Source of the DNA: Alphaproteobacteria bacterium
Lineage (GTDB): Bacteria; Pseudomonadota; Alphaproteobacteria; RF32; CAG-239
Direction: 5' to 3'
Length of the DNA stretch: 56,155 nucleotides
NCBI GenBank assembly: GCA_017475935.1
Contig: JAFVEP010000024.1
Coordinates: 1 to 56,155 of the forward strand
The notes below the pieces were generated by a model, which was not told where the DNA came from, searched no databases, and saw only the letters and a program-made list of their open reading frames with translations. The stretch's first letter is position 1, and every line of letters begins with the position of its first letter. The translations under genes were made by a program, and so were the position numbers. Shown piece after piece: positions 48,113-56,030 of this stretch.

Positions 48113-50026
48113 CTAATACTGAACTTTACGAACCGGTGCATAGACCTCGACACTATCCAGTGTCGGATCCGTACACTGATCCCCGTGACAACTCTTCATC
48201 ACCGTTGCTTTACGAGCGCGATTTAAGCCGCGAACAGTGATTGACGGAACATAGGTTTCCACAATCGTCAGCTTAAATGTCAAATAAGCAATGTTATTCT
48301 TTTGATCCATCGCGTAGATCTTAATCGGATAAACACCGCCGTCGCCCGGCATTGCCAATCCCGTAAACAAGCGCTGTTCAGGATTATATTTCAACCACTT
48401 CGGCAACGGCGTATCGTCAACCAAACCGGCTTTGGTCGTAAACGTACCCTCTTTCCAGCCCATCTTATCAAATACTTTTGCCGGCACGCTGATTTCGATA
48501 TGCTGACCGGTTTCATAAGTTACATCCGGCAATAATTTTTCGGACGACAAATTAACCGGCGGACGACGGCTCGGAATTTCCATCAAATACGGTCTGTTAT
48601 CCGGAATAAACTCACCGTTACGCCATTTTTCCAATGTTTCGCGCAGAGCAAGAGCAATTTGTGACGGCGATTCGCTGAGCATGTAATACGGAACAGCATC
48701 TAAACCGATGGTCGCATACAATGTCCCGAGCGCATCCTGCAGATCAACATAAGCAAGCGAAGCTTTTGTTTCATCGCTGATCGCCCGAGCGGCCTCAAGC
48801 TGACTTTTTTCGGCTTTGCTGCCTTTAGCCGCCGTCACATCTTCAGCAATATTTTCCGATGTTCCGGCAATTTCCATCGCAATCTGATAATCTTCCTCAG
48901 CCGAAACATAGCGCGCCCATCCGACATAAACCTGATTCAAAATCAAAGAAGTCATACGCTGACGGCGCAAATTTGCCAAAGTTCTTTCATCAACCCCTTG
49001 GTATTTATTTTCATAAACCGTCATAGATGCCTCTTTAGCTGCCGAACACCATTTTTGACTATATGCATTCGGATTGCTGCGATAATTACTGTCGCTGTCA
49101 TCGCGGAAGTTATCAATGATAATTTGCAAGTCGTCGGAAGAAGTCAACAAATCGTGAACTTTAAGTTCCGGACGATTGGTTAAAGCCAGCCATTCCAGTC
49201 GTGACAAGTTCTGTTTAATATTCGGCAAAGCGAAGTTACCGTATTCTTTACCGACAAGCGTAAATTGTGTTGCCGGATGCAGACCCATAAGCGAAGCCAG
49301 ATTTTCGTGTGCTGTTTCCATATCGCGTTTCAAATCGGAAAGTTTTTGAATAGCTTCCATGTACTTACGTTTTTTGACCAATTGCTGTGTATCCGGAGTT
49401 TTACCCTCTTTAGCCAAATCTTTTGCTTCAACATTCATCTCGTCAACATCAAGCGTAATATGCTCGATGGTATCGTCAATAACCGGAAGCAAACGCTGTG
49501 CGGTCAAAGCTTTCCAATAGAGTACACGAGCTTCCTGCAAAATATTTTGAATAACTTTGCGGCTTTGTTCAACCGAAACGCTGTGTTTGAAAGTTTGATC
49601 ATTATTCATGTAATACAGCATTGAAATATCCAAAACATTCCAAGCCACCTTCAAATCCGGACTTTTATCGCCGTAGTTATTATTCATATAGCCGGCGTTC
49701 GAGGCAATTTCCTGCAGTTGCGAATATCCGGAATGGCCGGCTTTCAGCAAGCTTTCCTGATAACGCATCATCCGTCCGCTGTAATTATATTTAAGCGCCA
49801 AAGCCATGGTCATATACATGTCAATCGGCTTTTCAATTTTAGTCGGTGCCTTCGCATACATATTGTGCATATCGGCATCATAGCGTATTGCGCTGTCCCA
49901 ATCGGAATAATATGCCGCATCAGGTTCAGCCGCATAATAAGCAGTGCCTTTAGCGTCATTATGCTGTTTGTTAACGCAAGCGCAAACAGCCATCAATCCG
50001 GCAATCAAATAAAGAAATTTTTTCAT
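48113..50026 (-). CDS. TolC-like outer-membrane factor lipoprotein with a C-terminal Ig/cadherin-like domain
   Basis: Signal and lipobox LIAGLMAVCAC. Two OEP-like repeats (PIDMYMTMALALKYNYSG..., LEWLALTNRPELKV...). C-terminal PKWLKYNPEQRLFTGLAMPGDGGVYPIKIYAMD, a putative-Ig/dystroglycan-type pattern. Confidence 0.6.
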   Translation of the reverse strand: MKKFLYLIAGLMAVCACVNKQHNDAKGTAYYAAEPDAAYYSDWDSAIRYDADMHNMYAKAPTKIEKPIDMYMTMALALKYNYSGRMMRYQESLLKAGHSGYSQLQEIASNAGYMNNNYGDKSPDLKVAWNVLDISMLYYMNNDQTFKHSVSVEQSRKVIQNILQEARVLYWKALTAQRLLPVIDDTIEHITLDVDEMNVEAKDLAKEGKTPDTQQLVKKRKYMEAIQKLSDLKRDMETAHENLASLMGLHPATQFTLVGKEYGNFALPNIKQNLSRLEWLALTNRPELKVHDLLTSSDDLQIIIDNFRDDSDSNYRSNPNAYSQKWCSAAKEASMTVYENKYQGVDERTLANLRRQRMTSLILNQVYVGWARYVSAEEDYQIAMEIAGTSENIAEDVTAAKGSKAEKSQLEAARAISDETKASLAYVDLQDALGTLYATIGLDAVPYYMLSESPSQIALALRETLEKWRNGEFIPDNRPYLMEIPSRRPPVNLSSEKLLPDVTYETGQHIEISVPAKVFDKMGWKEGTFTTKAGLVDDTPLPKWLKYNPEQRLFTGLAMPGDGGVYPIKIYAMDQKNNIAYLTFKLTIVETYVPSITVRGLNRARKATVMKSCHGDQCTDPTLDSVEVYAPVRKVQY

Positions 50027-50140
50027 ATCGGTACCCTTTATATGTCAATTATCTCACCCCATAATAATCATTAAAAATTAACATTTTATTACACTTTTTC
50101 ATTTAGTATCATTTTAAACGAACAAATTTGGGGTAAGAAA

Positions 50141-50917
50141 ATGGTTTCAATACTGGGCACATTATTCAAATACAAAGAAAAGGAATCTCCCGACCAGCTC
50201 GGTTATTTTCCCGAGCGCATACACGTTGATGCTTTTCCGGAGCGCCGCTATTTATGGACATCGCGTTTTCTGGTCATCATCACTTGTTTAAGTATTTGTC
50301 TCAACATGATTATCGCCAGCATTATTTTCATGCTTCTAAAAATGCATCATGTACAGCCGCAGCTGTTTCGTATCAATGAAGACACAAATCAGCTTGAATT
50401 AATGCAAAGAGAAGAAATCAACTACTTTGCCAGCGATTTAATCGCCGAAAAATATATCCGAGATTATATCCTGCTGCGTTATACCATTACGGAAGATTAC
50501 GCCGAATTACAGGATCGTTGGCGCAAAGGATCCATCTTATATTGGTATTCCACCAACGCTATTTTTCAGGAATTTCAGCAAAAAGATGTCGCCACGGCCA
50601 ACGAACAATTCAAAAAAATCGGCTTACAACGCTATGTTGAAATAGATTGGACCAAACGTGTGTCGCGCTCCATGTGGATGGTTCAGTTCAAAACCTATGA
50701 CATCACCCGCGATAACCCTAAACCGAAAGTAGATATCTGGCGGGCAACCATGCGTATCGGCTACGTTTTAAACATGCAGTTTCCAAAACCTGAAGATAAA
50801 ATCTTAAACCCGTACGGATTTGTTGTATACAGTTACACACTTTCTTATCAGGGAGACTATCATAACGGTCCGGAAGAAGTTCCGAGCAACTTGAAATATA
50901 ACCTTATGATGTATTGA
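50141..50917 (+). CDS. VirB8-family protein (bitopic, NTF2-like periplasmic domain)
   Basis: Colinear with Brucella/Agrobacterium VirB8. ERRYLW plus a TM helix. HHVQPQLFRINEDTN aligns with HVPYLVRVNAQTG. EKYIRDYILLRYT aligns with DKYWLSQYVIARET. IWRATMRIGYV aligns with HWIATIGYQYV. NPYGFVVYSYTLS aligns with NPLGFNVTSYRVD. Confidence 0.75.
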   Translation: MVSILGTLFKYKEKESPDQLGYFPERIHVDAFPERRYLWTSRFLVIITCLSICLNMIIASIIFMLLKMHHVQPQLFRINEDTNQLELMQREEINYFASDLIAEKYIRDYILLRYTITEDYAELQDRWRKGSILYWYSTNAIFQEFQQKDVATANEQFKKIGLQRYVEIDWTKRVSRSMWMVQFKTYDITRDNPKPKVDIWRATMRIGYVLNMQFPKPEDKILNPYGFVVYSYTLSYQGDYHNGPEEVPSNLKYNLMMY

Positions 50918-50918
50918 T

Positions 50919-51668
50919 ATGAAAAGAGGTTTCGCCGCATTATTTTTTATGCTTTGTGCTTGCAAAAGCATAGAGATTCCGCCGCAATATGCTTACGACG
51001 AAATTCAAACCTCAACTTTTAAAATCGCGGTATGGAAAAAAATCACCGATCCGTCTATGCCGTATAAAATATATATTGAAGGCGATGGTTCGGCATTTAC
51101 GCCCTCCGGTCGTGTCAGTTCAGATCCGACACCGAACGGAACACTTGTACGCAAGCTTGCTTTCGGCGACCCGCATTTAAATGTCATTTATATGGCGCGC
51201 GCCTGCCAATATGTTCAAGATCGTGCATGTAAGCCTGTTTATTGGTCAACCGCCCGTTTTTCGCCGGAAACGATTCAAGCGGCTTATGAAACAATTCAAA
51301 AGATAGCGGCCGATAAGCCTTTAACCTTAGTCGGATTTTCCGGCGGCGCACAGATTGCCGGTCTGATCGCGGTTAAATATCCTGATTTAGACATCCGCAA
51401 ACTAGTCACGGTTGCCGGCAATTTAGACGTCCGTGCATGGACAGATCATCATAAGCTTCCGCCGCTTGATCTTTCCGATGATTTAAGAAATTATGCCGCA
51501 GCGTATGCCCGCTTTCCGCAAGTTCACTACATCGGTTTAAAAGATGACAACATTGTTGCGTCGATCAGCGAAAACTTTGTGGCAAATCCGCAAACACTGA
51601 AAAAAATAAAAAGCGCCTCCCATACACGCGGTTGGGAAAGCGCTTTTCAGCAAATTCAAGCCGAATAG
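50919..51668 (+). CDS. alpha/beta-hydrolase lipoprotein
   Basis: Signal and lipobox FFMLCAC. Nucleophile elbow GFSGG. C-terminal SASHTRGW. The start is 1 nt after the VirB8-like stop. Confidence 0.65.
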   Translation: MKRGFAALFFMLCACKSIEIPPQYAYDEIQTSTFKIAVWKKITDPSMPYKIYIEGDGSAFTPSGRVSSDPTPNGTLVRKLAFGDPHLNVIYMARACQYVQDRACKPVYWSTARFSPETIQAAYETIQKIAADKPLTLVGFSGGAQIAGLIAVKYPDLDIRKLVTVAGNLDVRAWTDHHKLPPLDLSDDLRNYAAAYARFPQVHYIGLKDDNIVASISENFVANPQTLKKIKSASHTRGWESAFQQIQAE

Positions 51669-51670
51669 AT

Positions 51671-52285
51671 CTAGTTTTGCCTCATAATGTTTCCGACTAA
51701 AATCGTCAGATTCGACGTAAACAATTTAACTGAAATAGACAGCAAAATAATGCCGAAAGCTTTCTGGAAAATGCAGACAATTCCCGGCGATAAAATCTTT
51801 TCCAACTTCGAAGCCGACTGTAACACAACATAAACGACCAAAATATTTAAAAAGATAGCCAGTATAATGTTCAAATCCGAATATTGCGAACGGATGGATA
51901 ACAAAGTCGTAAACGATCCGGCACCGGCGATCAACGGAAAAACAACCGGCGTAAAAGTGGCATCATTAGAAGATGTTTTGCTTTGATGAAAAATATGAAT
52001 ATCCAAAACCATTTCCATCGCCACAATGAAAATAATAATCGATCCGGCAACGGCAAATGAGGATATATCCAAACCAAACAAGCCCAAAAAGGCATTTCCG
52101 ACATACATAAAACCCAAAAACAGACACAAAGAAATAATCGATGCCCGCGGCGCACTGACAACATAGCCGTTATGTTTTAAGTTCAAAACAACCGGTAAAG
52201 TACCGATCACGTCAATAATCGCGAACAATACGATGAATGCGCTCATAAACTGCGTACTATCAAAACTTCCCAAACTCGCCAACAT
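51671..52285 (-). CDS. MarC-family (UPF0056) membrane protein
   Basis: 204 aa with six TM helices. N-terminus FIVLFAIIDVIGTLPVVL is typical of the family. Confidence 0.75.
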   Translation of the reverse strand: MLASLGSFDSTQFMSAFIVLFAIIDVIGTLPVVLNLKHNGYVVSAPRASIISLCLFLGFMYVGNAFLGLFGLDISSFAVAGSIIIFIVAMEMVLDIHIFHQSKTSSNDATFTPVVFPLIAGAGSFTTLLSIRSQYSDLNIILAIFLNILVVYVVLQSASKLEKILSPGIVCIFQKAFGIILLSISVKLFTSNLTILVGNIMRQN

Positions 52286-52302
52286 TAAACAATCTCCTTT
52301 AT

Positions 52303-52338
52303 AAAAAAACAGCGACGATCAAAATAATCGCCGCTGTT
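52303..52338 (-). terminator. rho-independent terminator of hppA
   Basis: On the minus strand: AACAGCGGCGAT, 7-nt loop, ATCGTCGCTGTT, then TTTTTTAT. Confidence 0.8.
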
Positions 52339-52356
52339 CTAGCAAACAAAATTTAA

Positions 52357-54810
52357 TTAGTCAACCTTTTTCGCTTCAATGCGCATCGCATAAAACGAAC
52401 GCCATACGAAAACAAGGCCGATCAGCAAAAATACGACAGCCACGGTCAGCGCCACATCCGGATTGGTTTCCCAAACCTTGGCTGACATTTCAGCGGCCAG
52501 CAAACCGAACAATGTCGTAAATTTAATAATCGGATTCAAGGCAACGGAAGCCGTATCTTTGTACGGATCACCGACCGTATCGCCGACAACGGATGCTGCA
52601 TGCAATTCCGATCCTTTTTCGTTTAAGTCCACTTCAACCACTTTTTTGGCATTATCCCAAGCACCGCCGGCATTCGCCATATACAGCGCCTGATATAATC
52701 CGAAGACCGCAATTGAAATCAGATAGCTGGCAAACAATTCCGGACCGAAGAAGGCAAACGAAATCGCAAATGAAAAGATCACAATAAAGATATTAAACAT
52801 ACCTTTCTGAGCATATTGTGTACAAATGCGCACCACCGTTTTGGAATCTTCGACCGACGCGGCTTTTTTTGTATCCAGCTTAATATGTTCTTTAATATAG
52901 TTCACTGCGCGATAAGCACCGGTCGAAACAGCCTGAATGGCCGCGCCCGAGAACCAATAAATGACCGCGCCGCCCAACAGCAATCCCATCAGCACGCGGG
53001 CATCAATCAAATTCAGTTCCAATTTCAGAAGCAAGATGATCGAGAAGATCATGGTTGTCGCACCGATCACCGCCGTTCCGATCAGCACCGGTTTCGACGT
53101 TGCTTTAAAAGTATTCCCGGCCGAATCGTTTGCTTCCAGCAAATGTTTTCCATGTTCAAAATCCGGCGCAAAACCATATTCTTTTTGAATTTCTTTTTTA
53201 ATACCTTTCTGTGCTTCAATCTGCGAAAGTTCAAACACGGATTGCGCATTATCCGTTACCGGACCATAGCTGTCAACAGCAATAGTCACCGGTCCCATAC
53301 CGAGCATACCGAAAGCGACCAAACCGAAAGCAAAGACCGTCGGATAAATCATCAGATATTGCAAATCACCTTGCGAGGCGACATAAGCCACCGCCATCAA
53401 GCCGACCATAACAACACCCTGCCAAAATCCCGAGAAGTTACCGGAAACAATACCGGACAAAATATTCAGCGATGCGCCGGCTTCACGACTGGCATTTACA
53501 ACCTCTTGAACATGCTGAGATTTCGAAGATGTAAATATTTTCGTAAATTCCGGAATAATCGCTGCCGCCAAAGTTCCGCAGCTGATGATCACCGAAAGTT
53601 TCCACCAAATCTGGGTACCGAACTGCGTTGCCGGCAGCATCAGGTAAGAAACACCAAACGTAACGGCAATCGAGATCAGCGATGTCAGCCAAATCAAACT
53701 GGTTAAAGGTTTTTCAAAATCAAAAGATTCTTTTTTACCGAAAATCATCTTGGCAAAAAATCCGTTAAGCGCATATGAAAAGACCGATGTCATGATCATC
53801 AGAATACGCATAGCGAAAATCCATGTAATCAAGCGAGCCTGCAGTTCCGGTGCATAAACATATTCTGCCAAGCTGCCGTCTTCGGTATAGTGCATACCGC
53901 CGGCCAAAACGATAAAACTAATCAAGGCCACGCCGGTCACGCCGTATGTTTCAAATCCGTCCGCAGTCGGGCCGCATGAATCGCCGGCATTGTCACCCGT
54001 ACAATCGGCAATAACACCCGGATTGCGTGCATCATCTTCATCAATTTTGAAAATAATTTTCATCAAATCAGCACCGATATCGGCAATTTTCGTAAAGATA
54101 CCGCCGCAAATACGCAGCGCCGAAGCACCGAGCGATTCGCCGATCGCAAAGCCGATAAAGCAAGCACCGGCCGTATCACGCGGTACAAATACCAAGATGA
54201 ACAACATCACCAAAAGTTCAACACAAATCAACAAAACGCCGATCGACATACCCGAGCGCAGCGGCAAATCCATAACCGGATAAGCTTTGCCTTTAAGCGA
54301 AGCAAAAGAAGTACGCGAGTTGGCATATGTATTAATGCGCATACCGAACCAAGCCACCGTAAACGAACCTAAAATTCCTAAAACGGACCACAGCAAAATA
54401 TAGAGTACTTTCGCCAGAGGCGTATTATTCAGGCCGGCAAAGTAATAAACGATGCATGCGCCGATAAACAATTCAAGTACAAACAAGAGTTTAGCCTGCT
54501 GTTTCATATACGTTTTGCATGTTGCATAAATCGTTTCAGAAACTTTAAGCATGGATTCGTGCGCCGGAAGTTTTTTTATGCTGAAAAACTCCCACAATCC
54601 GAAAACCATGCCCAACAAACAAATGCCCATGCCGGCAACCAGAAGCTGATTTCCGGAAACGGTCAATCCGAACAAGTTATAAGTGGCGTTATCCAAAGAA
54701 GGAATCAACAGATCCAACTCTGAAGCATCAGCGCCGTTTATAACAGAAAATAAAAGTGCAAAGGCCGTTAAAAAAGCCTTACAAATCTGAGTTCTGTTTA
54801 TAATCATCAT
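52357..54810 (-). CDS. hppA: membrane-bound pyrophosphatase (M-PPase), divergent, Lys-type (K+-independent-like)
   Basis: GGIFTKIADIGADL, DDARNPGVIADCTGDNAGD, GNTFKATSKP and GDTVGDPYKDT motifs. 817 aa. Confidence 0.9.
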   Translation of the reverse strand: MMIINRTQICKAFLTAFALLFSVINGADASELDLLIPSLDNATYNLFGLTVSGNQLLVAGMGICLLGMVFGLWEFFSIKKLPAHESMLKVSETIYATCKTYMKQQAKLLFVLELFIGACIVYYFAGLNNTPLAKVLYILLWSVLGILGSFTVAWFGMRINTYANSRTSFASLKGKAYPVMDLPLRSGMSIGVLLICVELLVMLFILVFVPRDTAGACFIGFAIGESLGASALRICGGIFTKIADIGADLMKIIFKIDEDDARNPGVIADCTGDNAGDSCGPTADGFETYGVTGVALISFIVLAGGMHYTEDGSLAEYVYAPELQARLITWIFAMRILMIMTSVFSYALNGFFAKMIFGKKESFDFEKPLTSLIWLTSLISIAVTFGVSYLMLPATQFGTQIWWKLSVIISCGTLAAAIIPEFTKIFTSSKSQHVQEVVNASREAGASLNILSGIVSGNFSGFWQGVVMVGLMAVAYVASQGDLQYLMIYPTVFAFGLVAFGMLGMGPVTIAVDSYGPVTDNAQSVFELSQIEAQKGIKKEIQKEYGFAPDFEHGKHLLEANDSAGNTFKATSKPVLIGTAVIGATTMIFSIILLLKLELNLIDARVLMGLLLGGAVIYWFSGAAIQAVSTGAYRAVNYIKEHIKLDTKKAASVEDSKTVVRICTQYAQKGMFNIFIVIFSFAISFAFFGPELFASYLISIAVFGLYQALYMANAGGAWDNAKKVVEVDLNEKGSELHAASVVGDTVGDPYKDTASVALNPIIKFTTLFGLLAAEMSAKVWETNPDVALTVAVVFLLIGLVFVWRSFYAMRIEAKKVD

Positions 54811-54921
54811 TCTTTCCTTTTAAAATTAAAACATGGTCACACGAGTTCTCCATCGCTGACCGGATGAACGTATAGTAAAACATATTGGTTAAGAATGCAT
54901 TATTATTTTTCACAAAATGCG

Positions 54922-55716
54922 TTATGGCGTGGATAACCTGTCTTTTTCGTTTTTCATCGACGTTTCGGTTTCAAGATAAGTCAACCCTGTTTTATCTTTA
55001 ATATCAACGTCCGCGCCGGATTTAATCAGCAAATTTTCGACATTATCGCTTTGAAACATGCGCGCATAAAAAAGTGCCGTCCGACCGCTGCGATCCTGTT
55101 GATTAACATTCGCACCGGCCTCAAGAAGCATTTTAACCATGATCAAGTTCATATCGTTGGTTGCGGCATTCATCAAAGGCGTACCCATCGGAGTTTCCTG
55201 ATTGATATCGGCGCCGTTTTGCATCAGCATTTCCAACATTTTAACGGCACGAACCATTTGTTGTTCAACAATTTCCTGAACGCGCGCTTCTGTTTTATAC
55301 TGTTCCGCCTGATCATTTTTTTGCACGGCATCAAGCATCATTTTCTGCAAAATCAGTTCATTGGCTTTAGAAGTCGCGACAATAATCGGCGTCATTCCGT
55401 TTGCCGAAGGCATATTCACATCGGCACCGGCTTTAATTAAGTTTTCCGCCATTGTCAAGTCATCGTTATGCGTCAGCACAAAGAAAAGCATGGTGTTACC
55501 GTCGGCATCTTTGGAATTGACATCAAGTCCGGAACGGATCAGCTCATTAAATGCGGCAACATCATTTGATGATAAAATTCTCTGCACATACTGATCATAA
55601 ATTTCTCCGTTTTGCGCCGAAGCCTGTATTGCGGTTTCTGAAGGTTCCTGCATAGCTTGCGTAGCAAGCGGCATCAAAAGCATTGCAGACATCATCATTA
55701 TTTTCCATAGCATCAT
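54922..55716 (-). CDS. secreted ankyrin-repeat protein
   Basis: Signal peptide MMSAMLLMPLATQA. ANK repeats include DADGNTMLFFVL...LIKAGADVN and DRSGRTALFYA...LIKSGADVD. Confidence 0.8.
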   Translation of the reverse strand: MMLWKIMMMSAMLLMPLATQAMQEPSETAIQASAQNGEIYDQYVQRILSSNDVAAFNELIRSGLDVNSKDADGNTMLFFVLTHNDDLTMAENLIKAGADVNMPSANGMTPIIVATSKANELILQKMMLDAVQKNDQAEQYKTEARVQEIVEQQMVRAVKMLEMLMQNGADINQETPMGTPLMNAATNDMNLIMVKMLLEAGANVNQQDRSGRTALFYARMFQSDNVENLLIKSGADVDIKDKTGLTYLETETSMKNEKDRLSTP

Positions 55717-55757
55717 TTTTCTCCTTATGACGGCAATGTATCACTCTAAAATCAATC

Positions 55758-55815
55758 TGACAAGCCCCTTTTCACGTTGAAAGCGAAAAATTCAAAGTCT
55801 TCCGAATCTTTTAGT
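55758..55815 (+). repeat. degenerate, gene-less remnant of the 3' part of the leader cassette
   Basis: gccccttttcacgttgaaagcgaaaaattcaaagtcttccgaatctt parallels 4374-4424 but is not followed by an RBS or pilin ORF. Confidence 0.45.
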
Positions 55816-55860
55816 AACAAAGCCATTTCTGCCCCTATACGCCGTGTCCGTGTGTCTTTT

Positions 55861-55930
55861 TTTATTGTCATCGCTCGCACGGCACGCCGTGTCCGTGCGT
55901 CCAGCGATCTCATCTTTGCGCAGCACTATA
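55861..55930 (+). repeat. 70-nt hairpin unit (type A)
   Basis: Head tttattgtcat, then hairpin TCGCT/CGCACGG/CAC-gcc-GTG/t/CCGTGCG/tcc/AGCGA, then tail tctcatctttgcgcagcactata. Confidence 0.85.
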
Positions 55931-55937
55931 CATCTAT

Positions 55938-56007
55938 TTTACTGTCATTTCTCGAAGTGCGCTACGCGTCACTTCGTCAAGAAATCTCATCTTTGCGCAG
56001 CACTATA
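55938..56007 (+). repeat. 70-nt hairpin unit (type B')
   Basis: Same head and tail as type A. Hairpin TTTCT/CGAAGTG/CGC-tac-GCG/t/CACTTCG/tca/AGAAA. 7-nt spacer catctat after unit A. Confidence 0.85.
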
Positions 56008-56030
56008 TCTGAATATTGAAGATGCCCCAA

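Noticed and set aside
52816-53706. 296-aa plus-strand ORF
   Set aside because: It is antisense to the well-supported hppA gene, and its product is Arg/His-rich low-complexity sequence.
54831-54870. Possible extra fragment of the leader cassette upstream of hppA (minus-strand CTCGTGTGaCCAT, against CTCGTGTGtCCCAT)
   Set aside because: The similarity spans only about 13 nt with no flanking similarity, so it is plausibly chance.
55921-55930. Phage T7-type promoter core (CACTATA) in the unit tail
   Set aside because: Only 7 nt match, the upstream recognition region does not, and no single-subunit RNAP gene is seen. The match is consistent with chance.
55825-56007. CRISPR array (constant segments of about 40 nt alternating with variable segments of about 37 nt)
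   Set aside because: Only two full units are present. The variable parts are self-complementary hairpins of identical architecture rather than unrelated spacers. No cas genes are in the window.
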